Assembly: GCA_020631485.1 (NCBI GenBank)
Contig: JAHDHC010000003.1
Location: 10,792-74,791, forward strand
DNA: 64,000 nucleotides
Source of the DNA: Candidatus Altimarinota bacterium
Lineage (GTDB): Bacteria > Patescibacteriota > Gracilibacteria > BD1-5 > UBA6164
Direction: 5' to 3'
Every line of letters starts with the position of its first letter. Positions within the stretch are counted from its first letter, which is position 1. A program made the position numbers and the translations under genes. Shown piece after piece: positions 12,714-25,859 of the stretch. The notes under the pieces are model-generated. The model was not told the DNA's origin, searched no databases, and saw only the letters and a list, made by a program, of their open reading frames with translations.

Positions 12714-15554
12714 ATGTCAGAATATTTGGAAGTGTTTGGGGCAAAGACTCACAACCTGAAAAACATCGATGTAAAAATTCCAAAAAATAAGATCACCGTC
12801 ATAACTGGTGTTTCAGGTTCAGGAAAATCGTCTCTGGCATTTAACACTATCTACTCTATCGGACAGCAAAAATACCTTGAGAGTCTTTCAAGCTATGCCC
12901 GTATGTTTATAGGATGAATGCAAGAGGAAGCAGAGGTAGGAGAGATAATAGGACTCTCTCCTACTATCTCTATAGATCAAAAGACGACTTCAAAAAATCC
13001 ACGTTCGACCGTAGGGACTATAACGGAGATTTTCGATTATTATAAGCTCTTATATCTCAACGTCTGAGAAAGAAGGTGTATAAAATGTTGAACTGTTGTG
13101 AAAAAAGATTCTATCGGTTCAGTTATTACATATCTTTCTACAAAAGAAGCAGGCGCTAAGTTTCTTGTAAAATCCCCTGTTACTGAAAAATATGAAAATT
13201 TTGAGCTATTGAAAAAAGATATTTTAGAGTCATGATTCATCAGGTTTTCTATAGGTGGAACTATCTATACCGTAAATGATGATATAGAAGTTACGGATCT
13301 TTCTCAGATAGACATAGTTGTAGACAGACTTCTGATAAAAGACTACTCAGACGATGCTTCTCCTGATACAAAGAGGCTTAAAGACAGTTTAGAACTTGCT
13401 TTTAAACAGTCATGAGGGATTCTTAAAATAGAGATGCTCGACGATGAAGAACATCAATTTTCCAATGTATTTGTCTGTTCAGCGTGTGGACATGTGCCTG
13501 AAAAACTCAACATATCAAGTTTTTCCTTTAATTCTCACCAATGAGCTTGCCCAAGTTGTCATGGTCTTTGAGTTAAAAAAGTATTTTTAGAAGAAAATAT
13601 TATAAATCCTAAACTTACTCTTTTAGAGTGAGCAGTAACTGCTCCGTGATTTTGAGGAGACTATTTTTTCTCACAAATAGAAAAGGTATGACGAGAAAAC
13701 GATATTTCCCTCAATACTGTCTATAGCAAACTCACACAACGAGAGAAAGATATAGTTTTATATTGAACTGGGAAAAAGGTATACAAGATAAGTTATAAAA
13801 ACGATTCAGGTATTCAAAATACCTATAATTCTCGCTTTGAAGGAGTTATCAATACCCTTTCTAGAAGGTATTTTGAATGAGGCGCAGAAAAATGACATTA
13901 TGACGATTATGTAGTAGATGTTGAATGTCCAGATTGTCATTGAAAACGTTTAAAAGAAGAGTCACTTTCTGTGTATCTCAATGATAAAGATATATGAGAT
14001 CTTGCGAGTCTTTCGGTTGAAAAAGCTCTTGATTTTCTCAGGACACTCGAGTTTAATCAAGCGGAAGCTAAGATTGTTCAAAAGGTTTTGAAAAATGCTA
14101 TTGAAAGACTCGATTTTCTTGCAGGTGTATGACTCAATTACATGACTATTTCTCGTAGAGCTGGGACACTCTCTGGATGAGAAGCACAGAGAATACGACT
14201 CGCGACGCAAATAGGGACAAAGCTTGAGTGAATTATATATGTTCTAGATGAGCCATCCATAGGTCTTCATGCAAGAGACAACAATATGCTTATAGACAAT
14301 CTTAAAAAACTCAGAGATATCTGAAATACGCTTATCATAGTAGAGCATGATGAAGATATCATGAAAAATGCTGATCATATAATAGACATATGACCATGAG
14401 CCTGAATTCACTGAGGGACACTTATTTCAGAGTGAACACTTACACATATCATCGATGATCCAAAGTCAGTGACAGGTCCCTATCTCAGTCATACGAGGCA
14501 AGTTCTTACAGAAAAATGATCAAGACCATCATTTAAGGATCTCAAAAAAAATAAAAAAGTTATAGAGATACTCTGAGCAGAAGAAAATAATCTTAAAAAA
14601 GTTGATATTACTATTCCCCTTTCAAATCTCGTAGTTGTTACCTGAGTCTCATGATCATGAAAGTCAAGTCTCGTAAATGAGATTCTCTCTAACTATCTTG
14701 CAAACTCTTTAAACAGGGCCAAAAGAAGTGTTGGGAAATTTGAGAGTATCAAGTGACTGGAAAATCTTGATAAAGCTGTAATTATCGATCAGTCTCCTAT
14801 AGGAAAGACTCCACGTTCTAACCCAGCAACCTATACATGAGTCCTCACTCACATACGTGAAGTATTTTCTATGACAGAGGAAGCACAGATTCGTTGATAT
14901 GCTCCATGAAGGTTTAGTTTCAATACTCGTCAAGGAAGATGTGAAGAGTGTGATGGTGATGGAGTAAAAAAGATAGAAATGCATTTTCTCCCACCGGTAT
15001 ATGTCGAGTGTGAGTGATGTAAATGAAAAAGATACAACAAAGAAACACTCCAGATAAAGTACAAGTGAAAAAATATTTCCGATGTACTCAATATGACAGT
15101 AGAAGAATGTCTTGATTTTTTCGCAAATCATCCAAAAATTGTCAAAGTCCTCAAAACTATAGAAAATGTATGACTTGGCTATATCAAATTGTGACAATCA
15201 AGTACTACCCTTTCAGGTTGAGAAGCCCAGAGAGTGAAGCTCTCAACTGAACTTTCTAAAAGGTCTACAGGAAAAACCTTTTACATCCTTGATGAGCCAA
15301 CAACCTGACTTCATTTTCAAGATGTTGACAGACTCTTGAAGATTCTCCATTCACTTGTAGACTCTGGAAACTCTGTACTTGTTATAGAGCACAATATGGA
15401 TGTCATAGTAAACGCGGATTACATAATAGACATGTGACCAGAATGAGGAGACAAATGATGACAACTCATGGCAACCTGAACCGTTCAAGATATCTCCAAA
15501 GAAAAAAACAGCTTCACCTGAGAAGCTATCAGGGATTATATGAGTAAGTTCTAA
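12714..15554 (+). CDS. uvrA: excinuclease ABC subunit A
   Basis: [43 protein letters not shown] at the N-term. The second Walker [10 protein letters not shown] (14643-14669), uses three TGA codons for Gly. [13 protein letters not shown]-type signatures. 946 aa. Stop TAA at 15552-15554. Confidence 0.95.
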
Positions 15555-15560
15555 TGACAG

Positions 15561-16442
15561 ATGCATTTCTTACAAAAAAATATCGACATATCTCAGTATT
15601 CAAATTTTAAAACGCCTGCGAGGGCTGAGTATTTTTTTGAGTTAGAAGATGAATCTCATGTAGAGAGACTCAAGGAAATATATGACTATGCTGAGGAAGA
15701 ATGACTCAAGATTCTCATAATCGGAGGAGGGACGAATATGCTTTTTGCCTTTGATGAGTATAAGTGAATAGTTATAAAAAATAGTCTATGATGATGGACA
15801 TATGATAAATCAACACAGACTCTTGAGAGCTATTCAAATGAGCATATCCGGGAAATAGCCCAGAGTCTAGAACTTGACTATGGACAAAATCTCTGGCATA
15901 GATTTATAGGTCTTCCCGGAAGTATTTGATGAGCGCTTTTTTGAAATGCCTGATGTTTTGGCTTAGAGATAGAAAACAATTTTTTAGAAGTAGAAGCTCT
16001 AGATCTAAAATCATGAGAAAAGAAAACATTGAAAAAACAAGATATGAATTTTTCCTATAGGTCTTCTCGACTCAAAGAGGAAGATGGACAATGGTTTATT
16101 ATAAAGATAAAATTTGATCTCAGTAAAAAAATTGAGAAATACCACTCTGATGTAGACAATATTGACTTCAGAGAAAATAAGCAACCAAAGTGAAATAGTT
16201 GTGGAAGCTTTTTTAAAAATCCAAATAGGGAGCAGTCAGCTGGGGCTCTTATAGAAGCTGTTTGACTCAAATGATTTCAGTATTGAGGAGCCTTTTTTTC
16301 TGAAAAACACGCAAATTTTCTGATGCATGAAGGAGCAGGAAAATGGCAAGATCTTGTCTATCTCATTGAGCTTGCACAAAAAAAGGTAAAAGAAGAATTT
16401 CAGCTTGATTTAGTGAATGAAGTTCGTATCATTCGCAACTAA
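15561..16442 (+). CDS. murB: UDP-N-acetylenolpyruvoylglucosamine reductase
   Basis: YSNFKTPARAEYFFEL...LKILIIGGGTNMLF...GLPGSIGGALFGNAGCFG...NSCGSFFKNP...SAGALIEAVGLKG. Frame checked line by line. 293 aa. Confidence 0.88.
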
Positions 16443-16452
16443 TCCTATTACT

Positions 16453-16473
16453 CCCTCTCCTGCCAGGAGAGGG
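16453..16473 (+). terminator. GC-rich hairpin between murB and tRNA-Thr (terminator or processing structure)
   Basis: CCCTCTCCTG-C-CAGGAGAGGG is a perfect 10-bp palindrome 11 nt after the murB stop. No clean T-run follows, so its function is uncertain. Confidence 0.35.
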
Positions 16474-16491
16474 CTAGGGTGAAGTTTTATT

Positions 16492-16567
16492 GCCGTTGTA
16501 GCTCAGTTGGTAGAGCACTCCCATGGTAAGGGAGGGGTCACGGGTTCAAATCCCGTCAATGGCTCCA
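16492..16567 (+). tRNA. tRNA-Thr (anticodon GGT), CCA encoded
   Basis: GCCGTTGTAGCTCAGTTGGTAGAGCACTCCCATGGTAAGGGAGGGGTCACGGGTTCAAATCCCGTCAATGGCTCCA folds as a cloverleaf. Anticodon stem CTCCC/GGGAG, loop ATGGTAA. Confidence 0.9.
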
Positions 16568-16574
16568 TGTATTA

Positions 16575-18020
16575 TTAAATCTTGATAGTCTCTCTAGGGA
16601 CTTGGTTTTTGAGCTTGAGCTTGTCTTGAAGCAAGCTTGCTCAGAGGATAATATTCTCAAATCTTATAATGACTTGTCCAGAAGAACAGTTTTGACACTG
16701 TTCTTCTTTTATATGGAGATCTTTTCAAGTTCTAAATAGCTCTGCTTCTTCTATATTTTGTAGTTCAACTATATTGTTTTGAGCGTATTTTCAGAATAGT
16801 TGTGCTGCGTAAAAGGAGAAATAAAAATTATTGTCTATAAGCTCTCAAAAAGGGATTCAGATATTTTGTATCATCGCATATTGAGAAAACTGTTTTGATT
16901 GCTTTGTGCGTATTTCTAGATGATTTCATTTTCTGACTATGAGATTTTCTTTAAATATGTCTGTTGTTATATCAAATCTTTTTTGTATATGTGAGAATAG
17001 GGCTTTAAGCTCTTTTCATTTCAAGACTACTTCATCTGTTTTTGCAGTGTAGTAGGGTTTTGTTTCATATATTTGAGTTGCTGATTTTTTTATAATCTTT
17101 GCTACAAAAAATCCCTCAGTGTCATTTGTATGTGGCCATATTTTTTGAGCATTGTGTACTTGCTTGTTGTAGTCAGTTCATTGCCAAGCTGTCTGTCAAT
17201 TATGTGATACGAGTCAAGGGAGTTCCCATGGGACTATTTCAATTGCGTCTCATAGTTCTTGCAAAGCATAGTCTAACACCTCCTCATCTTCTTCTGGTGT
17301 CATTGTACATGTTGAGTAGACAAGTGTGCCTCATACTTTGAGTGCTTCAATCGCAGACAATATAAGTTTTTTTTGGAGTTTAGAAAGTTCTAGTATGCTT
17401 GACAGTGACCATTTTATCTCATCTTTTCTCATAGTTCCTTCCCCTGAACATGGTGCATCAAGAAGTATGGCGTCGAAGCTCTCTTTAAAATATCTTCAAA
17501 AATCTCTCCCATCAAGTTTAGATATAGCACAGTTAAAAAATCATTGGTAATTTATATTTGTCTTAAGTGCTTTAAGTCTTGTTGGTACTATGTCGTTTCC
17601 AATTATAAGTCCTTTGTTATTTTTATAATTAGCGATTTGCGTTGTCTTACTTCCTGGTGCTGCTGAGACATCAAGTATTATAGATTCACTAGTTTGTTCC
17701 TTTAAAAGCATGGGAGGAATCATACTTGATGTCTCTTGTATGTAAAAGAGTCAAGCGAAGTACTCTATGCTTTTTCATAATGGAATTGATGTATCTTCCC
17801 TGTCTATGAAATATCAATGATCAATGTATGCTATCTTTGTGAGTTTCCATTTGTTTTTTTCAGCTCTTTTGAGAAAATCACTTTCAGATATTTTAAGTGT
17901 GTTAATTCGTATAGCTTTTCTCAGTGGTCTTTGGCAAGAATCTAAAAAGTCCAAAAATTCTTTTTCTGAAAAAAGTGGACGATATCTGTCTATAAAGTCT
18001 GGATGAAAATCTTGTTTCAC
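16575..18020 (-). CDS. RsmB/RsmF (NOL1/NOP2/Sun) family RNA cytosine-C5 methyltransferase with C-terminal extension
   Basis: [65 protein letters not shown]. Frame checked 16575-18020 with no TAA/TAG. GTG start at 18020 is preferred over ATG 18107, because the latter would overlap the divergent pseudouridine synthase gene. Confidence 0.85.
16680..16712 (+). terminator. rho-independent terminator for the murB/tRNA-Thr transcript, embedded in the 3' coding end of the convergent methyltransferase gene
   Basis: AGAAGAACAGT-tttgac-ACTGTTCTTCT followed by TTTAT on the plus strand. On the minus strand the same bases encode ...[11 protein letters not shown]. Confidence 0.5.
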
Positions 18021-18086
18021 AATGATCTTGCTATATTGATAATTTCCTTTATTATTTCCACAATTTTTAAATAGGCAAAACTTTAT

Positions 18087-18794
18087 ATGGAAAAAGTACG
18101 AATACAAAAATACTTGTCACAAGCAGGTATATGCTCAAGAAGAAAATGAGAAGAATATATAGAAAGGTGATTAGTGGAGGTAAATGGAAAAGTGGCAAAA
18201 ATTTGAGAATCAATTATTCCAAATATAGACAAAGTCGAACTTAAAAAGCAAGCTGTACATGAACAAAAAAATCTTGTGTATTATAAGATGAATAAGCCAA
18301 GATGAATAGAAACTACCTGTGCACAAAATGGACATTCTATCCTCGATATTATAGACATAGAAGAAAGAGTCTTTCCTATCGGAAGACTTGATATGGAAAC
18401 TACAGGTTTGATTTTGCTGACAAATGATGGTCGACTTGCAAACTATCTCATGCACCCAAGATATGAGCATGAAAAAGAGTATTTTGTGGAAGTATTTGGT
18501 CCTATTGATGACGTGGCTTTAGATACAATGAGCAAATGAGTAGATGTATTGTGAAAACTGACAAAAAAAGCAAAAGTACAAAGAGTTGCCTCTTGAAAGT
18601 TTAAAATTACTATTACTGAATGAAGAAATAGACAGATACGTCGTATGGTCGAAAAGGTATGACATCAAGTGAAAAAACTCAAAAGAATACGAATAGAGTC
18701 AGTAGTTTTATGAAACCTAGAAGAATGAGAATATAAAAGACTTTCAGTAAAAGAAAAACAGCAACTTTTTGATATTCTGAATCTTTCAAATTAA
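18087..18794 (+). CDS. RsuA/RluB family pseudouridine synthase with S4 domain
   Basis: MEKVRIQKYLSQAGICSRRKGEEYIERGLVEVNG (S4 domain). VFPIGRLDMETTGLILLTNDG catalytic Asp motif. GRNRQIRRM. 235 aa. Confidence 0.88.
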
Positions 18795-18800
18795 AATACT

Positions 18801-19502
18801 CTATGTATTTTTTAAAATAGCTTGAATGGTATAGAGTTCTCTTTTTATGTTTCTTATGCTATTATTGTAAGAATCGTCTAAATGACGAAGTGAACTATAT
18901 TCTTTTGAGGAAAAAAGGATAAGCTTTGATGCTTCCTTGTTTATATTTGTCAGCGAGAGAAGAATAAGGCGCTTTTTTTCGGTATTTTTTAGCTTTCGTA
19001 TTTTTGGGGTAAAGCTTGCGACAAAGCTCGAGAACCTTTTCCCTATCTTGTTAGCAACTTTTCACTTCGTTTGAATCTTTTGCTCTAGGAGAAGTTTGCT
19101 ATCTTTGAGTTTTGTTTTGAGTATTTTTCGAGTTTCATTTTTATTTGTTTTAAGCCTGAGAATAGAACTTTCGATAATTGAGTCTGCATGATGTTTTTCT
19201 ATGTTAATGGTCTGGATATTTTTGAGCTCTTGAGACATTATACGGAGTTCAAATGCCCTGCTTTCTAGTGCCTCACTTTCGATATAATGATCATTTTTGA
19301 AAACGCGTATTTCTTTTTCTAGAGTGTCAACGAAATTTGTAAGAAGCTTTGCTCTTTGTATATTATAATTCGTATTTCTCTCGACTATTTCTTGTCATGG
19401 AATTATCTGAGAGCTGTATTCTATGTCGTGTGCATATGAATACGCACTAAAGAAAAAAGTTACAATGATGTAGAGGGATATTTTTCTTCTTATAGCTGTC
19501 AT
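18801..19502 (-). CDS. hypothetical secreted coiled-coil protein (233 aa)
   Basis: Frame checked. MTAIRRKISLYIIVTFFFSAYSYA signal peptide followed by Lys/Glu/Leu-rich helical sequence. No family recognised. Confidence 0.5.
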
Positions 19503-19566
19503 TTTTTTTTGTTATGTTCTGTTTTAAAAGTATTATACATTTCATTGATAATTGGCAAGAATTTAT

Positions 19567-22224
19567 ATGAAAAAAATACAGGAATTTGTCGCTCTGGATT
19601 TAGAGACAACTTGACTTGATGCAAAGAAAGACAAGATTATTGAAATAGCAATTGTGAAGTTTGATATAGAAAGCTTCGAAATCATAGATGAGTATGCAAC
19701 TATTGTAGATCCAGAAATCCCTATTCCCAGTCTCAACTCAAGTATTACTTGAATTTTTGATGCTGATGTTCGTGAAGCTCCAAAATGGAGAGAAATACTT
19801 TTAGAAGTATCAGAGTTTATAGGAGATTCTCCAATAGTGTGACATAATGTGTTTTTTGATATAGGCTTCTTATTGGAAAAATGAGTTTCAATAGAAGATA
19901 ATATGGTCCTTGATACGTTTTTGATCGCAAATTTCCTCGTCTTGTGAGAAAAATCGCTGAGTTTAGAGTATTTGTGTAAATATTTTGAGATAGATCTACT
20001 CTGAGCTCATAGAGCTTTAAATGATACAAAAGCAAGCATTAAGCTTCTTGAGGTCCTCATAAAAAAGATACTTAAACTTCCAAAATATAAACAAGATATT
20101 TTTTGATATGTACTCGAAAAATCTACAGATTCATGAATGAACTATATAGCAAAGCATATACTTCCAAATCAAGATTCAACAATCTCAAAAGATGATTTTT
20201 TGAAACTTTTTGAGAAATGTATTCCCAAGTTTCCAAAAAAAATAAAGATAGAAACAGTATCATCAAAGAGTGATTTTGCTTTTTCAGAATATATTAACAA
20301 AGAGAGCTTAAAAGAAAAGCGTGTGAATCAAGAAAAGATGTGAAATATTGTCTACACGACTATGAAAGACCAAAAATTTTCCGTGGTAGATGCTCCTACT
20401 TGAATAGGAAAAACATATGCCTATTTGATTCCGAGCGTATTTCATTCTATACATTCATGAGAGCAAGTTTTTGTCTCTACTACTACTAAAACACTACAAG
20501 ATCAAATCTTTTATAAAGATTTAGAGTCACTTCAAAATGAATCATGAATGAAGTTTAGTTATGCAAAACTCAAATGAAAGCGAAACTATATATCTATAGC
20601 GAGTTTTGTTCACTTTTTTGAGAGTGATGAGCATTATTCTCTTCAAAAGACAAGTTTTCTCTTAAAAATACTTATGTGGATGTCTTTCACTGCACATTGA
20701 GAGCTTGATGAACTCGAGTACTATGGACAAGAATTTTCTTTCTTATACGAGATTAACGCAGATGATTTATACACTTTTTCAAAGGAAAATGTCTACCTAG
20801 ACAGCGAATTTGCTGTCCAGGCACGAAGACAATCAAGAAAGGCGAACATAGTAGTTATAAACAACAACATACTTTTTCAAGATTTGGATCAGGAAGGAGC
20901 GATTCTCTCAAAAGTAGAAAATCTCGTACTAGATGAGGCACATAATCTTGAAGATGTGCTGACACAATCGCTTCAGAAATCATTTTGTCTAGAAGATCTT
21001 GAAAAAAGTTTCTGAAGACTGGAAAAGAAACTCCTTTCAGAAAAGCAGTGAATTCCACAGCTTTCCCTTATTCAAGAAAAGATACTTTTTGAACTTGCTC
21101 TAGTGTTTGATATGTGTCGCGACTATCTATATCAGAAAGTTTCAGCAAGCTCAAAATATAAAACAAGTCTCTTAAAAAAAGATTTTTTCCAATGAGTATG
21201 ACAAAAAATACAAAAATGACAAAACTCTCAAAAAATCCAAATCTTATTTATAGAGTATTTTGACCTTTTACAGTCTCTTGATGATAAAGTATATAATCTT
21301 ATCTCTCGAGAAATCGCACATTTAGAATTGTGTCTCGATGTATTGTCTGTGTGTTTATATGAGTCGTCATCTGAGAATTACATTTGTTATACGCAAGAAT
21401 CATGATCAAAATGAATAGTGCTTGAATATACGCTTTTGCATCCATGAGTGTATTTGAAAAAACACTTATGGACAAAGTTGTCTAGTTGTCTTCTCACTAG
21501 TGCTACCATTAAAATATGAGAGAGTTTTGAATACATTCAAAATATGCTCTGCCTTGAAAACTTTGACCTTTATTCTCTCAAAACGGATTTTGATTATAAA
21601 AAGCAAGCTTTATTATTTGTGCCAAATGATATAGGGAGTATCAAAAACAATGAAATTGCTATTATACAATTCCTGTGAGATTTTATGAAAATAGTAGGAG
21701 GGAAGACACTTTTTCTCTGTACCTCATTTCATATGATACAACAAGTATTTTCATGACTTGAAAGAGACTTACACAAAGAAGGTATTTCGATGTATGCTCA
21801 ATCAATTGGGTGATGAAAAAAGAAACTGATAGATGCATTCGAAGAACATGCAGAAAATTCTCTTTTAGTAGGAACAAATACATTTTGGGAATGAGTAGAT
21901 ATTCCCTGAGAGAAGCTCCAGTATCTTATAATTCATAAAATCCCATTTATGGTTCCAACTGATCCAATATTTCAAGCAAGAGCAGCGCTATTTGATGATC
22001 AATTTCAAGACTATGCTATTCCAAAAGCAGTACTAAAACTCAAGCAATGATTCTGAAGATTGATCCGTAAAAAAGATGATTCATGAATCGTAGTATTTCT
22101 TGATGATAGAATTTATTCTACATGATGGGGACAAGAGATATATGGGGCTTTTCCTACTGATATGAAAAAGAAGATCGCGAGTTCTGAGAATTTTTTCTCA
22201 ATTTTGAAAAACTTTAAGAAATAA
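19567..22224 (+). CDS. dinG: DinG-type ATP-dependent helicase fused to an N-terminal DnaQ-like 3'-5' exonuclease domain
   Basis: N-term FVALDLETTGLD...IVGHNVFFDIGFL...AHRALNDT (exo I-III). Helicase APTGIGKTYAYLIP (Walker A, first Gly is TGA at 20401-20403), LVLDEAHNL (DEAH box), C-term FWEGVDIPG. Whole frame checked. 885 aa. Confidence 0.85.
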
Positions 22225-22240
22225 TATATCTTTTTGTAAA

Positions 22241-22269
22241 GAGAGGAAAGTTGTTTCTCTCTTTTTTTT
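22241..22269 (+). terminator. rho-independent terminator after dinG
   Basis: GAGAGGAAA-gttg-TTTCTCTC followed by T8. Confidence 0.55.
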
Positions 22270-23226
22270 ATGTTAGGATATGTGTATGTAAGAAATACCT
22301 TCATAAAACTAATTGCAAAATCCATGTTTTCACTCTTTAAAAAAACAGAAAAAAATATTGATCCTGCAAAAATTGCAGCAGATAAAGAAAAAAAAGTTAC
22401 AACAGATAATATATTGGAAGTTTTTTCTCGTGATATGATGAATGAGAAGAAAAAGGAGCTCACAGAAAGTATTGGCTGAAAAGATCCGATCCCATATCTC
22501 AATAAGCTTATTAGTTTCTTCAAGTTCGGCTTTTTTGTATGTGTATTTTTCTCAATTATTATGTTTTCCTACGCTTCTTTTCAAGAAAGTGAGGACATGT
22601 GAAACATATCAGTATTAGAGCCTATTTGTTTTTTGTTTTTAGGTTCTGAGATTTCATCAAAATATGATGGTTGTAGTTCTGTTACTGTGGTACAGTCAGA
22701 ATATAGAAATAATCTTGAAAATATAGAAGAAAAACAAACACGTAAGATACTCTCAATTCTAGAAAAAGTATATTCAATTGAGAATTTTCTCTTTAGTGAA
22801 GATATAGCCTTCATCTTAGAAAAATCAAACTCGAAACTTCCGGTAATTGCCATGCTAACAGAGTTCAATGATCTAAAAGATAGCTTTGAGCCCAACAAAA
22901 AAGTATATGCAATAGAATGCAATAATCTCAATATAAACCAAGATATGGAACTTCAAGTTTCGTGTTCTGCCTACAGTTCTGATTGGTCTGATTCAAATAT
23001 TGTATGATTTACAGGTCAAAAAACGTCAAAGAAAATAAGTGGAACAAGTATATCTGTAGCCTCATCATTTCTCAACTATATAGCACGTAAATCACAAAGT
23101 TTTCAAATCGTTGAATCAACGAAAGTTTTCACGTATTCTGATCAGCTCGAAGAATGAAAGGAAAGGTATACTAGAAAAACGGATTTTGATATTCGTTTAA
23201 AGTACATGAATAATCTCTCACAATAA
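22270..23226 (+). CDS. bitopic membrane protein, candidate pilus-assembly component (PilN-like topology)
   Basis: About 85-aa Lys-rich cytoplasmic N-term, one TM (FFKFGFFVCVFFSIIMFSYA), about 215-aa external domain. Lies directly upstream of a PilO-like gene and pilB/pilC. The start could instead be ATG 22324, because the dinG terminator abuts 22270. Confidence 0.45.
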
Positions 23227-23230
23227 AAAA

Positions 23231-24574
23231 ATGGATACAGATATTTATAACAACATGGTTAAAAGAACAGTGCTTTATACTGTTGGACTTTGGTTTACAC
23301 TTTTTTCGCTTTGAGTCTTTTGATCTTATTATAGTTACTGAGAATTTTCGAGAATACAAGAAAAAAAAGATTTGCTTTTAGCCCTGTCAGAGGATATAGG
23401 AGACTTGGAAAAAGAGTGAATGCTTCTCAATGAATTTAAATCAAATTGAAAAAAGGTTGCGAAAGAAGAAAAAAATCTCTTGAGTATTATTGAAGTGCTG
23501 GATGAAGAATTTTTTAAAAATCATTTCTCTAATGATACAGATTCCATGTATGCTGACTTTATAGATAAAAAGATTAAGCAAGTGCAAGAAAAAGAATCAT
23601 CTGAAGAGTATGCTAAACTTGAGGAAATCTCGTCAACCGTTCTGCCTTCATATATTGATTCGACAATAGATATTGATTGAGAAGAAGCATTTTCAGAACT
23701 ACACTTCATAAACTACGTAGAGAGAATCATGCAAACTTTTAATCTTGAATACACAGGTGATTTATGAATCGGTGATATCTTGCCGATTGAAGAAAAGGGC
23801 ACTACTCTGAATAAAAATAAAAATTCGAAAAAGACAGAATCTCTCGTAAATCGTATATTTTACATCCCTCTTTCATTTACTGTCTCATGAAGTAAATGAT
23901 CAATTATGGATTTCATATATTTTATTGAGAATGTATGACGCGTAGAATCATCAGAAGGGATGCTCAAAGTCGTAGAAAGTGACTTTTTTGAAAAATCAGA
24001 AGATTTCTCAAGATCGTCTAGAACAATACTAGAATGAGATATTGCAAAAACTTGATACAATATATTTCTAAATCAGATAGCCGACATAGAAAATATTGTA
24101 TTTGAAGAATATGTCTATGAAAAGAGAAATGGTGATGAAGCAGGGGAATTTTTGAAAAACATTCGTAAAGTCCCACAAGGACTTGAAAAATATGAAATAG
24201 ACATAACGCTTAATTTCTATGTAAAAGGACTTTCGGAATATAAAATATCAAAAAAATACGAAGAAATAGCCCAGTCTCTTATTGCCTACAAGGCAAATGT
24301 TAGCCAAGCAGAAAAACAGCTAAATGCTATGAAAACGTCAGAAAAGACACCAGAAAATTATATCATCCTCAAGCGTCTTGTGATCTATGAATCATACATA
24401 AAATCTGTAGAAGAAGCGCTAAAAAAACAGAATACTTTAGAAACTGATAAAGTCTACTCAGACATACTCAATATGCTTGAGGTTGAAAGAAAAATTTTAG
24501 CAGATTTGCAACTCGTTACAAACATAACAAAAACAAATATCGTTGTTGACGAAGAAGATACTAATAACAATTAA
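23231..24574 (+). CDS. PilO-like pilus assembly protein (N-terminal TM, coiled coil, PilO-type core)
   Basis: TM VLYTVGLWFTLFSLGVFGSYY, coiled-coil segment, then IPLSFTVSGSKGSIMDFIYFIENVGR. This resembles the PilO core motif (ip..l.v.G.y..l..Fl..le.l.R). Frame checked. 447 aa. Confidence 0.5.
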
Positions 24575-24580
24575 AAAATT

Positions 24581-25846
24581 ATGAAATACAAAGAGGTAGT
24601 TGAACAACTGAAGGATCTCATATACACATGAGATAATATACAAAAAGTATGTGATTATATCATCCTTTGAGCGGTATTATGAGGAGCATCAGATATACAT
24701 ATAGAGCCACTCAGTTCCTATGTACGTTTGAGATATAGAATAGATGGTGATTTGAAAGGTATTTTAGAATATCAACCATTTCTTCACCAAGGAATCGTTG
24801 CCCGTTTTAAGATATTATCAGATTTAAAAATTGATGAATCCCGTATCCCACAAGATGGGAGAATTAGTCAAACGATTGATAAAAAATCTCTTGATCTCAG
24901 AGTTTCTACACTCCCAACAGTACATGGAGAAAAGATTGTTATGAGAATAGTAGACAAGTCTAAGAAAATCCCAGAATTATGAACCTTGTGAATAGAGTGA
25001 AAAAATAAGCGCTTAGTTCTCTCTGCTATTGAACTCCCAAATGGTATTATATTGACAAGTGGACCGACAGGATCATGAAAATCAACGACACTTTATTCTG
25101 CTCTCACGCTCATGAATAAGATTGATATAAATATAATGACTCTTGAAGATCCAGTAGAAAATCAGGTTGATGGGATCAATCAGTCTCAAGTAAAACCAGA
25201 TATTTGATATACCTTTGCATATGGTATTAGAACCGCTCTTAGACAGGATCCAGATATTATTATGGTATGAGAAATGAGAGATAAAGAAACAGTAGATATT
25301 GCAATCGAAGCATCATTGACATGACACTTAGTATTGTCTACTATCCATACAAACTCTGCGGCTGAGACGATTACAAGACTCTTAAACATGTGAGTACAGC
25401 CATTTTTGCTTCCAGCAACTATGAATATCGTAATAGCTCAAAGATTGATAAAGCGTCTATGTTCGTGTAAAAAACCTATCCCATTAAAGGATTTGTGAAA
25501 AGAGGCTATCAAAAATGTCACAAATGCTATCAAGCTCACTCCACGTGAAGAACTTGCCGAAAGAGTTGCAGATAAACTTAAAAATCCTGTTTTTTATGAA
25601 CCAGGATGATGTGAGAAATGTGAGAATACTGGATATAAATGAAGACTTGGTTTATATGAAGTACTTGAAATTACTCCATGAGTAAAAGATATGATATTAA
25701 ATAACCAGTCAGCTTTTAACATAAACAGAGAAGCGATTAAAGAGTGAATGATTTCATTAGAACAAGATGGTATACTCAAAGCGCTCAACGGTGATACTTC
25801 ACTCGAAGAAGTATATTCAGCTGCAAAAACACAAAGTGAAACATAA
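24581..25846 (+). CDS. pilB: type IV pilus assembly ATPase (GspE/PilB family), short form without N-terminal GSPII domains
   Basis: ASDIHIEP, RLRYRIDG, Walker A GPTGSGKSTT (third Gly is TGA at 25076-25078), DPDIIMVGEMRD, TGHLVLSTIHTN, tetracysteine CSCKK...CEKCENTGYKGR. 421 aa. Confidence 0.92.
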
Positions 25847-25859
25847 CTAATATAGATCC

